Below, one piece after another: positions 35,342 to 45,670 of a stretch of DNA of 64,000 nucleotides. A program made the position numbers and the translations under genes. The DNA comes from Escherichia coli. GTDB taxonomy: Bacteria > Pseudomonadota > Gammaproteobacteria > Enterobacterales > Enterobacteriaceae. Position 1 is the stretch's first letter; each line of letters begins with the position of its first letter. The notes under the pieces were generated by a model. That model made no database searches. It saw only the letters and a list, made by a program, of their open reading frames with translations, and had not been told where the DNA came from. Location: NCBI RefSeq assembly GCF_013122565.1, contig NZ_CP053258.1. The stretch is one strand, 5' to 3'.

Positions 35342-36580
35342 ATGGCTGACACTCGCCCTGAACGTCGCTTTACGCGCATTGATCGTCTCCCGCCCTACGT
35401 TTTTAACATTACCGCTGAACTGAAAATGGCTGCGCGTCGGCGCGGCGAAGATATTATCGATTTCAGTATGGGTAACCCGGACGGTGCCACTCCACCGCAT
35501 ATCGTCGAAAAATTATGTACGGTGGCCCAGCGCCCGGACACGCATGGTTACTCCACGTCACGCGGCATTCCGCGGTTACGTCGCGCCATTTCTCGCTGGT
35601 ATCAGGATCGATACGACGTTGAGATCGACCCGGAATCAGAAGCCATCGTCACCATTGGTTCGAAAGAGGGGCTGGCACACCTGATGCTGGCGACGCTGGA
35701 TCATGGTGACACGGTGCTGGTGCCGAATCCAAGCTACCCCATTCATATTTACGGCGCGGTGATTGCCGGGGCTCAGGTACGCTCAGTGCCGCTGGTGGAA
35801 GGTGTCGATTTCTTCAACGAACTGGAACGCGCCATTCGTGAAAGTTATCCGAAACCGAAGATGATGATCCTCGGCTTCCCGTCGAACCCCACCGCGCAAT
35901 GCGTGGAGCTGGAGTTCTTCGAAAAGGTTGTGGCGCTGGCGAAACGCTACGATGTGCTGGTGGTCCATGACCTGGCCTATGCAGACATCGTCTACGATGG
36001 CTGGAAAGCGCCGTCAATCATGCAGGTGCCAGGTGCACGCGATGTGGCGGTCGAGTTCTTTACGCTGTCAAAAAGCTACAACATGGCGGGCTGGCGTATC
36101 GGCTTTATGGTTGGCAACAAAACGCTGGTCAGTGCGCTGGCACGTATTAAAAGCTATCACGATTACGGCACCTTTACGCCGTTGCAGGTGGCAGCGATTG
36201 CGGCGCTGGAGGGCGATCAACAGTGCGTGCGCGATATTGCCGAACAGTACAAACGCCGCCGTGATGTACTGGTAAAAGGGCTGCATGAAGCGGGCTGGAT
36301 GGTCGAAATGCCGAAGGCTTCGATGTATGTCTGGGCGAAAATCCCTGAACCTTATGCTGCCATGGGCTCGCTGGAATTTGCCAAAAAGCTGCTTAACGAA
36401 GCGAAGGTCTGTGTCTCTCCGGGGATTGGCTTTGGCGACTACGGCGACACGCATGTTCGCTTTGCACTGATTGAAAACCGCGACCGTATTCGTCAGGCGA
36501 TTCGTGGGATTAAAGCGATGTTCCGTGCCGATGGTTTACTACCCGCCAGCACCAAACATATTCACGAAAACGCGGAATAA
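35342..36580 (+). CDS. alaC: Glutamate-pyruvate aminotransferase (PLP-dependent)
   Basis: 412-aa [31 protein letters not shown]..., class I aminotransferase with [10 protein letters not shown] Lys motif. Confidence 0.93.
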   Translation: MADTRPERRFTRIDRLPPYVFNITAELKMAARRRGEDIIDFSMGNPDGATPPHIVEKLCTVAQRPDTHGYSTSRGIPRLRRAISRWYQDRYDVEIDPESEAIVTIGSKEGLAHLMLATLDHGDTVLVPNPSYPIHIYGAVIAGAQVRSVPLVEGVDFFNELERAIRESYPKPKMMILGFPSNPTAQCVELEFFEKVVALAKRYDVLVVHDLAYADIVYDGWKAPSIMQVPGARDVAVEFFTLSKSYNMAGWRIGFMVGNKTLVSALARIKSYHDYGTFTPLQVAAIAALEGDQQCVRDIAEQYKRRRDVLVKGLHEAGWMVEMPKASMYVWAKIPEPYAAMGSLEFAKKLLNEAKVCVSPGIGFGDYGDTHVRFALIENRDRIRQAIRGIKAMFRADGLLPASTKHIHENAE

Positions 36581-36600
36581 ACACCGACCTCAAAAATGCA

Positions 36601-36628
36601 AACAGGAGCCTGATGGCTCCTGTTTTTC
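36601..36628 (+). terminator. Rho-independent terminator after alaC
   Basis: aacaggagcc-tgat-ggctcctgtt hairpin followed by tttt. Confidence 0.7.
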
Positions 36629-36644
36629 ATTGCACAGTTTGCTT

Positions 36645-36716
36645 TTAGATCATCAGGGCAAAAGTACCGGCCCAAACGATGACCATAAAAGAAATGCCCA
36701 TAAAGAAATATTTCAC
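36645..36716 (-). CDS. ypdK: Small membrane protein YpdK (23 aa)
   Basis: Below the ORF-track cutoff; reverse complement reads GTG AAA TAT TTC ... = MKYFFMGISFMVIVWAGTFALMI*. Confidence 0.7.
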   Translation of the reverse strand: MKYFFMGISFMVIVWAGTFALMI

Positions 36717-37071
36717 TTTACATCTCTCCGCGTAATTACTGTTACGCCTGAATGACTTCATTACACCTGATACAGTGAGTTGACACCGGGCAAAACGACC
36801 TTAAAAGTCCTGTATTTTACCGTGGGCATCACCCCAGAATTCTGAGCTAAACTGCTCCAGACGGCGCTAATGTACGCCTAAAATTGAAACGAGACAATAG
36901 GCATTTTCTTATTTACTTTTAGTAACTTACAGGTGTCTCATATCGGCGACAGTTTAATTTCTGACGGTAATAATTAGAGATTCAGCGAAGGAAAAAACCT
37001 TAAGAAAAAAGCCATAAAAACCATGGGGTTATTATGGCTGATTTGAGGAGGGAAAGAGTCAGAGCAGTTTG

Positions 37072-37992
37072 TTAAATGTATAGCGACGATTCTCCCACCG
37101 GGCGCGTTTTAAAGCGACGGTGGATCCAGAGGTACTGCTCCGGTGCGCGCATGATCTCTTTTTCGATAATCTTGTTCATATAGGCAGCGGCTTGATTTTC
37201 ATCTGCCGGGTAGCCTTCCATCTCTGGGGTGATGAACAAACGATATCCGCTGTAATCCGCTTTTCTTACCATCGTTACGGTCAACATGGCTGCGCCAGAG
37301 AGACGGGAAAGGACATACGTACCATTGGTTGTGGCGACATTTTCCACCGCAAAGAACGGTGCGAAGGAGCTGCCTTTACGACCATAATCCTGATCGGGAG
37401 CAAACCATACCGCTTCACCTTTCTTCAGTGCACTGACAATGCCGCGCAGATTATTTCTGCCGATCATCGCTTTGTTAGAACGCATGCGACCACGGGTCTG
37501 CACCCATTCCATCAGCTGATTATTATGTGGACGATAGGTAGCCATCATTGGTTGGCACAGTCCCATCACGCGACCGCCCAGTTCCAGCGACATAAAATGG
37601 ACGCCGACAACCATTACGCCGCGATTTTGCATTTGTGCGCGTTTAAGGTTATCCAACCCTTCAACATCAAACCATTTACGTACGCGACTGTCGGGCCAGA
37701 ACCACGCCATGCCGGTTTCTACCAGCGCCATGCCGAGTGAACGAAAGTTTTCGGCAATCATCTTCTCGCGTTCTTCCGCAGAATGCTGCGGGAAACAAAG
37801 TTCCAGGTTTTTACGGGCGATAGATTCACGACGTTTCAGGAATGGTCGCGCCATTGCGCCAATACGCGTGCCGAGAAAGCAGAGAACAGGGTATGGAAGT
37901 TGTACCCAAAGCCAGAGTACACCAAGCCCAAACCATGTGAGCCAGTAGCGAGGATGTAGAAACTCGCGGGAAAATTTGCAATGTGGAAACAT
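37072..37992 (-). CDS. lpxP: Lipid A biosynthesis palmitoleoyltransferase (cold-induced late acyltransferase)
   Basis: ORF 37072-38058; start placed at MFPHCKFSREFLHPRYW; LpxL/LpxM/LpxP family. Confidence 0.9.
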   Translation of the reverse strand: MFPHCKFSREFLHPRYWLTWFGLGVLWLWVQLPYPVLCFLGTRIGAMARPFLKRRESIARKNLELCFPQHSAEEREKMIAENFRSLGMALVETGMAWFWPDSRVRKWFDVEGLDNLKRAQMQNRGVMVVGVHFMSLELGGRVMGLCQPMMATYRPHNNQLMEWVQTRGRMRSNKAMIGRNNLRGIVSALKKGEAVWFAPDQDYGRKGSSFAPFFAVENVATTNGTYVLSRLSGAAMLTVTMVRKADYSGYRLFITPEMEGYPADENQAAAYMNKIIEKEIMRAPEQYLWIHRRFKTRPVGESSLYI

Positions 37993-38344
37993 AGTTACCT
38001 TCTGTAGATACGAATTGTTGTATCGCAGAAGATTCCATGTCGACAGCGGTACACTCAATTGGTTGGGCCATCATGTACGACAATGGTTCCTGTAAAGAGT
38101 GTAAAGACTAGTCAGGACATAACCACGAGGAGCATGAATGCGGTGGCTCTACTTTATCACTGGCTGACTGCTTTCAGCTACTGATTATTAATCGTGCAAA
38201 GTAAAAAATTTTCCCCACGCAATAGTGTTGCATTTAACATGCTGTTTTAATTGATGCTTAGCAAAAATTGCCAGAGGTTAAGGATTGTCTTACTATTAAA
38301 GTGACTGAAGTTACAGGTTTTTTAGCGCGGCAGGAGGTTGAGCT

Positions 38345-38587
38345 ATGATTTATTTATGGATGTTTCTCGCCCTGTGTATTGTCTGCGTAAGCGGCTACAT
38401 TGGTCAGGTCCTGAACGTGGTATCGGCGGTCTCTTCTTTCTTCGGCATGGTGATCCTCGCTGCACTCATTTATTACTTCACCATGTGGTTAACTGGCGGT
38501 AATGAACTGGTGACGGGGATATTTATGTTTCTTGCCCCGGCTTGTGGCTTGATGATTCGCTTTATGGTGGGGTATGGCAGGCGCTAG
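38345..38587 (+). CDS. yfdY: DUF2545-family inner membrane protein
   Basis: 80-aa ORF with two hydrophobic helices. Confidence 0.8.
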   Translation: MIYLWMFLALCIVCVSGYIGQVLNVVSAVSSFFGMVILAALIYYFTMWLTGGNELVTGIFMFLAPACGLMIRFMVGYGRR

Positions 38588-38663
38588 TGGGTCAGGATGG
38601 TTCATTTGGGCAGGTGTTCACATCAGCATCAGGCATGATTGTTCACCTGCCATGTGACAGACG

Positions 38664-38939
38664 CTATCGCACAGGATGAATAAGATAATTCGCCTTTGTC
38701 GGAAAAGGGGGCGGAATTTCTTCTGTGAGGTTTAATGGTGGCGCATCTTCTCTCATTTTTAACAAAATCGCCTGTGATGGCTGAAATTTTGTAGAGTGAG
38801 TTGTCGTCATCGCTGACGTTTTTTCCGTCTCTTTATAGCTCGCCTCACTACCACCACCAGAAATAGAAAATGCAAAAACATTGCATGCCATAATAGAGAC
38901 CAATAAAAATAAGCTAAAAAGCATTAAGTTTACTTTCAT
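38664..38939 (-). CDS. ypdI: Small secreted protein or lipoprotein YpdI
   Basis: 91-aa ORF with signal peptide MKVNLMLFSLFLLVSIMACNVFA. Confidence 0.8.
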   Translation of the reverse strand: MKVNLMLFSLFLLVSIMACNVFAFSISGGGSEASYKETEKTSAMTTTHSTKFQPSQAILLKMREDAPPLNLTEEIPPPFPTKANYLIHPVR

Positions 38940-39081
38940 AGAAAGTTATCCTGAAAATGGTTCACTGAAAACCTACGATGTTATGGCTGTATTTACATAT
39001 AATTAATCAGTATTTACATCGATATAATAAATGATATCTCTTTGTGGTATATAAGAATAGTTCTCTGTGACAGGAAGCAGA

Positions 39082-39099
39082 TTCCTACAATTGTAAGAC
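39082..39099 (+). promoter_or_regulatory. Candidate EvgA box upstream of yfdX
   Basis: TTCCTACA-AT-TGTAAGAC fits the 18-bp EvgA inverted-repeat consensus TTCPyTACA-N2-TGTAPuGAA. Confidence 0.5.
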
Positions 39100-39234
39100 T
39101 AAAATACTTCTTGCGATAATAACTACAACTGTAAGACAATCCTTTCAAAATGACCGTTGCTCTCTGATTTCTCATTTCATGCTCACCCAATATGATGGCG
39201 GCGTTTTCTAAAACTGTTAAAGAATGAGGTAAGT

Positions 39235-39870
39235 ATGAAACGTTTAATTATGGCCACGATGGTCACAGCAATTCTGGCATCTTCAACTGTATGGGCTGCT
39301 GATAATGCTCCGGTAGCGGCACAACAGCAAACTCAGCAAGTTCAGCAAACCCAGAAAACGGCAGCGGCAGCAGAGCGTATCTCTGAACAAGGTTTATATG
39401 CGATGCGTGACGTGCAGGTAGCGCGCCTGGCTCTGTTTCATGGCGATCCGGAAAAGGCAAAAGAACTGACCAATGAAGCTTCAGCTTTGTTGTCAGATGA
39501 CAGTACCGAATGGGCAAAGTTCGCTAAGCCAGGTAAAAAGACCAATCTCAATGATGACCAATATATTGTCATTAATGCATCTGTCGGAATTTCTGAGAGT
39601 TATGTAGCGACACCCGAAAAAGAAGCCGCGATAAAAATTGCCAATGAAAAAATGGCGAAAGGGGATAAAAAGGGCGCAATGGAAGAGCTTCGCCTGGCCG
39701 GTGTTGGTGTAATGGAAAACCAATATCTGATGCCGCTTAAACAGACTCGTAATGCACTTGCTGATGCGCAGAAACTGCTTGATAAAAAGCAATACTACGA
39801 GGCAAACCTGGCGCTTAAAGGTGCGGAAGATGGAATCATCGTCGATAGCGAAGCACTGTTTGTGAACTAA
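39235..39870 (+). CDS. yfdX: YfdX-family periplasmic protein (EvgA regulon)
   Basis: 211-aa ORF with signal peptide [21 protein letters not shown]. Confidence 0.88.
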   Translation: MKRLIMATMVTAILASSTVWAADNAPVAAQQQTQQVQQTQKTAAAAERISEQGLYAMRDVQVARLALFHGDPEKAKELTNEASALLSDDSTEWAKFAKPGKKTNLNDDQYIVINASVGISESYVATPEKEAAIKIANEKMAKGDKKGAMEELRLAGVGVMENQYLMPLKQTRNALADAQKLLDKKQYYEANLALKGAEDGIIVDSEALFVN

Positions 39871-40112
39871 TGCTGACAGGCAGTATATTGATGTAAAGGA
39901 TTTAACTCCCTCCAGCCGACAATTTTTTATGACCACAATACGACAGGTTGTGGTCATAAAATTATTTGGCGCTCGCGGTTCTATAAACTCGCATTTTATC
40001 TTCCTCAAAGTAAACCGCAATAACCCGTGTCATCACAAATCATTTATTATGTTATGTTTTATGGTACGCTTTAAAAAGCGTAATCATACCCTTACTTGTA
40101 AATCACCGGCGC

Positions 40113-40130
40113 TTCTTACAGTTGTAAGAA
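40113..40130 (+). promoter_or_regulatory. Candidate EvgA box upstream of frc
   Basis: TTCTTACA-GT-TGTAAGAA, near-perfect 18-bp inverted repeat matching the EvgA consensus. Confidence 0.55.
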
Positions 40131-40380
40131 TAACATCACAAATGTCGCGGCTCTCTCTGATTACCGCGAACCAATATTTATCATATTCTTCTTTTCGTCC
40201 TCACTACTTACCATGCAGAAAGGAATTGGAAGTAGCGATGAAATGATTTTCAGTACTTGATACAGGAATTTAAAAATATCGAGTGCAGCTACGACGATAT
40301 TTTGCGGATTATTTATAGAGGCGTTATGTCTTAAATAAACGCTAAATTAACACATATTTAATTAACTAATAGGTATTGCT

Positions 40381-41631
40381 ATGTCAACTCCACTTCAAGG
40401 AATTAAAGTTCTCGATTTCACCGGTGTGCAATCTGGCCCATCTTGTACTCAAATGCTGGCCTGGTTTGGCGCTGACGTCATTAAAATTGAACGTCCCGGC
40501 GTTGGTGACGTAACGCGTCACCAGCTGCGAGATATTCCTGATATCGATGCGCTTTACTTCACCATGCTTAACAGTAACAAACGTTCTATTGAATTAAATA
40601 CCAAAACAGCGGAAGGCAAAGAGGTAATGGAAAAGCTGATCCGCGAAGCTGATATCTTAGTCGAGAACTTTCATCCTGGGGCCATTGATCACATGGGCTT
40701 CACCTGGGAGCATATTCAAGAAATCAATCCACGTCTGATTTTTGGTTCGATCAAAGGGTTTGATGAGTGTTCGCCTTATGTGAATGTAAAAGCCTATGAA
40801 AACGTTGCTCAGGCAGCGGGTGGCGCGGCATCCACTACGGGTTTTTGGGACGGTCCGCCGCTGGTAAGCGCTGCAGCGTTGGGTGACAGCAACACCGGAA
40901 TGCATTTACTGATCGGTTTACTTGCTGCTTTGCTGCATCGCGAAAAAACGGGGCGTGGGCAACGAGTCACCATGTCAATGCAGGATGCCGTATTGAACCT
41001 TTGCCGCGTGAAATTACGCGACCAGCAGCGTCTCGATAAATTGGGTTATCTGGAAGAATACCCGCAGTATCCGAATGGCACATTTGGTGATGCAGTTCCC
41101 CGCGGCGGTAATGCGGGTGGTGGCGGTCAGCCTGGCTGGATCCTGAAATGTAAAGGTTGGGAAACCGATCCTAACGCCTATATTTATTTCACTATTCAGG
41201 AGCAAAACTGGGAAAACACCTGTAAAGCCATTGGCAAACCAGAATGGATTACCGATCCGGCATACAGTACAGCCCATGCCCGACAGCCACATATTTTCGA
41301 TATTTTTGCTGAAATCGAAAAATACACTGTCACTATTGATAAACATGAAGCGGTGGCCTATTTGACTCAATTTGATATTCCTTGTGCACCGGTTTTAAGT
41401 ATGAAAGAAATTTCACTTGATCCCTCTTTGCGCCAAAGTGGCAGTGTTGTCGAAGTGGAACAACCATTGCGTGGAAAATATCTGACAGTTGGTTGTCCAA
41501 TGAAATTCTCTGCCTTTACGCCGGATATTAAAGCTGCACCGCTATTAGGTGAACATACCGCTGCGGTATTGCGGGAGCTGGGTTATAGCGACGATGAAAT
41601 TGCTGCAATGAAGCAAAACCACGCCATCTGA
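40381..41631 (+). CDS. frc: Formyl-CoA:oxalate CoA-transferase
   Basis: 416-aa [46 protein letters not shown]..., family III CoA-transferase. Confidence 0.95.
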   Translation: MSTPLQGIKVLDFTGVQSGPSCTQMLAWFGADVIKIERPGVGDVTRHQLRDIPDIDALYFTMLNSNKRSIELNTKTAEGKEVMEKLIREADILVENFHPGAIDHMGFTWEHIQEINPRLIFGSIKGFDECSPYVNVKAYENVAQAAGGAASTTGFWDGPPLVSAAALGDSNTGMHLLIGLLAALLHREKTGRGQRVTMSMQDAVLNLCRVKLRDQQRLDKLGYLEEYPQYPNGTFGDAVPRGGNAGGGGQPGWILKCKGWETDPNAYIYFTIQEQNWENTCKAIGKPEWITDPAYSTAHARQPHIFDIFAEIEKYTVTIDKHEAVAYLTQFDIPCAPVLSMKEISLDPSLRQSGSVVEVEQPLRGKYLTVGCPMKFSAFTPDIKAAPLLGEHTAAVLRELGYSDDEIAAMKQNHAI

Positions 41632-41684
41632 TATTAACGGGAGCTTCTGGCTCCCAATTTATAAAAATTTCGAGGTTATTAATC

Positions 41685-43379
41685 ATGTCAGATCAACTTC
41701 AAATGACAGATGGTATGCATATCATCGTTGAAGCATTAAAACAGAATAATATTGACACTATTTATGGTGTTGTAGGTATTCCTGTGACGGATATGGCACG
41801 CCATGCCCAGGCGGAAGGCATTCGTTATATTGGTTTTCGTCATGAGCAGTCGGCAGGCTATGCCGCTGCGGCAAGCGGTTTTCTTACCCAAAAACCGGGG
41901 ATCTGCCTGACAGTGTCTGCGCCAGGATTCCTCAATGGTTTGACCGCATTGGCCAACGCAACGGTAAATGGTTTTCCGATGATCATGATTAGCGGCTCCA
42001 GCGACCGCGCGATCGTCGACCTACAGCAAGGTGATTATGAAGAGCTGGACCAAATGAATGCGGCAAAACCGTATGCCAAAGCAGCATTTCGCGTTAATCA
42101 GCCGCAGGATCTTGGCATTGCATTGGCACGCGCTATCCGGGTCTCAGTATCGGGTCGCCCTGGCGGAGTTTATCTTGATTTGCCTGCAAATGTCCTGGCC
42201 GCGACGATGGAAAAAGACGAAGCGTTAACCACGATTGTAAAAGTTGAAAATCCGTCGCCAGCATTATTGCCATGCCCGAAGTCAGTCACTAGCGCAATTT
42301 CGCTTTTAGCAAAAGCTGAACGACCATTAGTTATCCTTGGCAAAGGCGCGGCGTATTCACAAGCTGATGAACAGCTTCGTGAATTTATTGAAAGTGCCCA
42401 GATTCCATTCCTGCCAATGTCTATGGCGAAAGGGATCCTCGAAGATACGCATCCACTTTCTGCGGCAGCTGCGCGTTCGTTTGCCCTGGCAAATGCTGAC
42501 GTTGTCATGCTTGTTGGTGCACGATTGAATTGGTTACTGGCACACGGTAAAAAAGGATGGGCGGCAGATACACAGTTTATTCAACTGGATATTGAACCGC
42601 AGGAAATTGACAGCAACCGCCCCATTGCTGTGCCAGTCGTTGGCGATATTGCATCCAGTATGCAAGGTATGCTGGCAGAACTGAAACAAAACACATTTAC
42701 GACTCCACTGGTATGGCGCGATATTTTAAATATCCACAAGCAGCAAAATGCACAAAAAATGCATGAAAAATTAAGTACAGATACCCAACCATTAAATTAC
42801 TTTAATGCATTAAGTGCTGTGCGCGATGTATTGCGCGAGAACCAGGATATTTATTTAGTTAATGAAGGTGCAAATACCCTGGATAATGCACGAAATATTA
42901 TTGATATGTATAAACCACGTCGTCGTCTGGATTGTGGTACCTGGGGTGTCATGGGTATCGGTATGGGCTATGCCATCGGTGCTAGCGTGACCTCTGGTTC
43001 TCCGGTTGTCGCTATTGAAGGTGATAGTGCTTTTGGTTTCAGTGGGATGGAGATTGAAACGATTTGTCGATATAACCTGCCGGTGACGATCGTTATTTTT
43101 AATAATGGCGGCATCTACAGAGGAGACGGTGTTGACCTCAGCGGCGCTGGTGCACCATCGCCAACGGATCTGTTGCACCATGCAAGGTATGACAAATTAA
43201 TGGATGCGTTTCGTGGCGTTGGCTATAACGTCACCACGACAGATGAACTTCGTCATGCTTTAACCACCGGAATTCAGTCGCGCAAACCGACCATTATTAA
43301 TGTGGTCATCGACCCAGCAGCAGGAACTGAAAGTGGCCATATTACCAAACTTAACCCAAAACAAGTCGCTGGTAATTAA
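41685..43379 (+). CDS. oxc: Oxalyl-CoA decarboxylase (ThDP-dependent)
   Basis: 564-aa ORF with ThDP-binding motif (GDSAFGFSGMEIETICRYNLPVTIVIFNNGG). Confidence 0.95.
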   Translation: MSDQLQMTDGMHIIVEALKQNNIDTIYGVVGIPVTDMARHAQAEGIRYIGFRHEQSAGYAAAASGFLTQKPGICLTVSAPGFLNGLTALANATVNGFPMIMISGSSDRAIVDLQQGDYEELDQMNAAKPYAKAAFRVNQPQDLGIALARAIRVSVSGRPGGVYLDLPANVLAATMEKDEALTTIVKVENPSPALLPCPKSVTSAISLLAKAERPLVILGKGAAYSQADEQLREFIESAQIPFLPMSMAKGILEDTHPLSAAAARSFALANADVVMLVGARLNWLLAHGKKGWAADTQFIQLDIEPQEIDSNRPIAVPVVGDIASSMQGMLAELKQNTFTTPLVWRDILNIHKQQNAQKMHEKLSTDTQPLNYFNALSAVRDVLRENQDIYLVNEGANTLDNARNIIDMYKPRRRLDCGTWGVMGIGMGYAIGASVTSGSPVVAIEGDSAFGFSGMEIETICRYNLPVTIVIFNNGGIYRGDGVDLSGAGAPSPTDLLHHARYDKLMDAFRGVGYNVTTTDELRHALTTGIQSRKPTIINVVIDPAAGTESGHITKLNPKQVAGN

Positions 43380-43448
43380 ATACTGACATCGTCTCCTCTT
43401 GCCAACTTATTATGCGATGGTGAGGGGACCCTTATCGGAAATACTATT

Positions 43449-44393
43449 ATGCTAACATTTTTTATTGGCGATTTATTGCCTATTATCGTAATCATGCTGT
43501 TGGGTTATTTTAGCGGCAGACGAGAAACTTTTTCAGAAGATCAAGCCCGGGCATTTAATAAACTGGTATTAAACTACGCTCTTCCTGCGGCTCTATTTGT
43601 TTCTATTACCAGGGCAAACAGGGAAATGATTTTTGCGGACACTCGTCTGACCCTTGTATCACTTGTGGTTATTGTCGGATGTTTCTTTTTCTCCTGGTTC
43701 GGTTGCTACAAATTTTTTAAACGTACTCATGCAGAAGCAGCTGTATGTGCATTAATTGCGGGTTCACCTACCATTGGATTCCTGGGGTTTGCAGTTCTCG
43801 ATCCTATTTATGGTGATTCCGTATCAACAGGTTTAGTGGTAGCAATTATTTCTATTATTGTTAACGCAATTACTATTCCTATTGGTCTGTATTTGCTGAA
43901 TCCTTCCTCAGGAGCGGATGGTAAGAAGAATAGTAATCTGAGCGCATTAATTTCTGCGGCAAAGGAGCCAGTAGTATGGGCACCTGTTCTGGCAACGATC
44001 CTGGTGTTGGTTGGGGTAAAAATTCCGGCAGCATGGGACCCAACCTTTAATCTGATTGCGAAGGCTAACTCAGGGGTAGCGGTATTCGCTGCGGGGTTGA
44101 CTCTGGCTGCACATAAATTCGAGTTCAGTGCCGAAATTGCTTATAACACCTTCCTGAAGCTGATTCTGATGCCACTGGCGCTGCTTCTCGTTGGTATGGC
44201 ATGTCATTTGAACAGCGAACATTTGCAGATGATGGTACTGGCAGGCGCATTACCGCCGGCATTCTCCGGAATCATTATTGCCAGCCGGTTTAATGTCTAC
44301 ACCCGCACTGGTACAGCGTCATTGGCTGTGAGCGTACTGGGCTTTGTCGTCACGGCTCCCTTGTGGATTTATGTCAGTCGACTGGTTTCATAA
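43449..44393 (+). CDS. yfdV: AEC-family (auxin efflux carrier-like) transporter
   Basis: 314-aa polytopic membrane ORF. Confidence 0.85.
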
Positions 44394-44420
44394 TTAATCA
44401 TGTTATTGATTTTACATAAA

Positions 44421-44454
44421 TGCCGAAGTGTCTTTTCACCTTCGGCTTTTTTCA
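44421..44454 (+). terminator. Hairpin plus T tract between yfdV and yfdE
   Basis: gccgaag-(loop)-cttcggc followed by ttttttc, 13 bp before the yfdE start. Confidence 0.45.
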
Positions 44455-44466
44455 AGGCATAAGAAA

Positions 44467-45612
44467 ATGACAAATAATGAATGTAAAGGGCCGTTTGAAG
44501 GCTTATTAGTTATCGATATGACACATGTCCTTAATGGACCTTTCGGAACTCAACTTCTTTGTAATATGGGCGCAAGGGTAATTAAAGTTGAGCCGCCGGG
44601 TCATGGTGATGATACCCGCACATTTGGTCCCTATGTGGATGGACAGTCACTCTATTACAGTTTTATTAATCATGGCAAAGAGAGTGTGGTTCTTGATTTA
44701 AAGAATGATCACGATAAAAGTATATTTATAAATATGCTTAAACAAGCTGATGTATTAGCTGAGAATTTTCGCCCAGGTACAATGGAAAAACTGGGGTTTT
44801 CATGGGAAAGGTTACAAGAAATCAACCCGCGCCTCATATATGCTTCATCGTCGGGTTTCGGGCATACCGGTCCGTTAAAAGATGCTCCTGCCTACGATAC
44901 CATTATTCAGGCAATGAGCGGGATAATGATGGAAACAGGGTACCCTGATGCTCCTCCAGTGCGTGTTGGTACCTCTCTTGCGGATCTATGCGGCGGTGTC
45001 TACTTATTCAGCGGAATCGTGAGTGCACTTTATGGCCGCGAAAAGAGCCAGAGAGGGGCGCATGTCGATATAGCGATGTTTGATGCCACGCTGAGTTTTC
45101 TGGAGCATGGTCTGATGGCATATATTGCGACAGGGAAGTCACCACAACGTCTGGGAAATCGCCATCCCTACATGGCACCTTTTGATGTTTTCGATACTCA
45201 GGATAAGCCGATTACGATTTGTTGTGGTAATGACAAGCTTTTTTCTGCGTTATGCCAGGCACTGGAGCTTACGGAACTGGTTAATGATCCCCGATTTAGC
45301 AGCAATATTTTACGTGTACAAAACCAGGCTATTCTTAAACAATATATTGAGCGGACGTTAAAAACGCAGGCAGCTGAAGTTTGGTTAGCCAAAATACATG
45401 AAGTTGGTGTGCCTGTCGCGCCGTTATTAAGTGTGGCTGAGGCCATTAATTTGCCACAAACTCAGGCGAGAAATATGTTGATTGAAGCCGGAGGAATAAT
45501 GATGCCGGGTAATCCGATAAAAATCAGCGGCTGCGCGGACCCGCATGTTATGCCGGGAGCGGCAACGCTCGACCAGCATGGGGAACAAATTCGCCAGGAG
45601 TTCTCATCATAA
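44467..45612 (+). CDS. yfdE: Acetyl-CoA:oxalate CoA-transferase (family III)
   Basis: ORF 44428-45612; start placed at MTNNECKGPFEGLLVIDMTHV; paralogous to Frc. Confidence 0.9.
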   Translation: MTNNECKGPFEGLLVIDMTHVLNGPFGTQLLCNMGARVIKVEPPGHGDDTRTFGPYVDGQSLYYSFINHGKESVVLDLKNDHDKSIFINMLKQADVLAENFRPGTMEKLGFSWERLQEINPRLIYASSSGFGHTGPLKDAPAYDTIIQAMSGIMMETGYPDAPPVRVGTSLADLCGGVYLFSGIVSALYGREKSQRGAHVDIAMFDATLSFLEHGLMAYIATGKSPQRLGNRHPYMAPFDVFDTQDKPITICCGNDKLFSALCQALELTELVNDPRFSSNILRVQNQAILKQYIERTLKTQAAEVWLAKIHEVGVPVAPLLSVAEAINLPQTQARNMLIEAGGIMMPGNPIKISGCADPHVMPGAATLDQHGEQIRQEFSS

Positions 45613-45629
45613 ATGTAAGATGTGCTGGT

Positions 45630-45670
45630 AAATAGCTCCCACATTTGAACATTGTGGGAGCCGCTATTTA
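45630..45670. terminator. Bidirectional terminator between convergent yfdE and evgS
   Basis: aaatagctcccaca...tgtgggagccgctattt extended inverted repeat. Confidence 0.55.

Noticed and set aside
39929-40246. 105-aa ORF in the yfdX-frc intergenic region
   Set aside because: It lies in an AT-rich promoter region containing the EvgA box for frc, has no convincing RBS, and its sequence is low-complexity; judged spurious.
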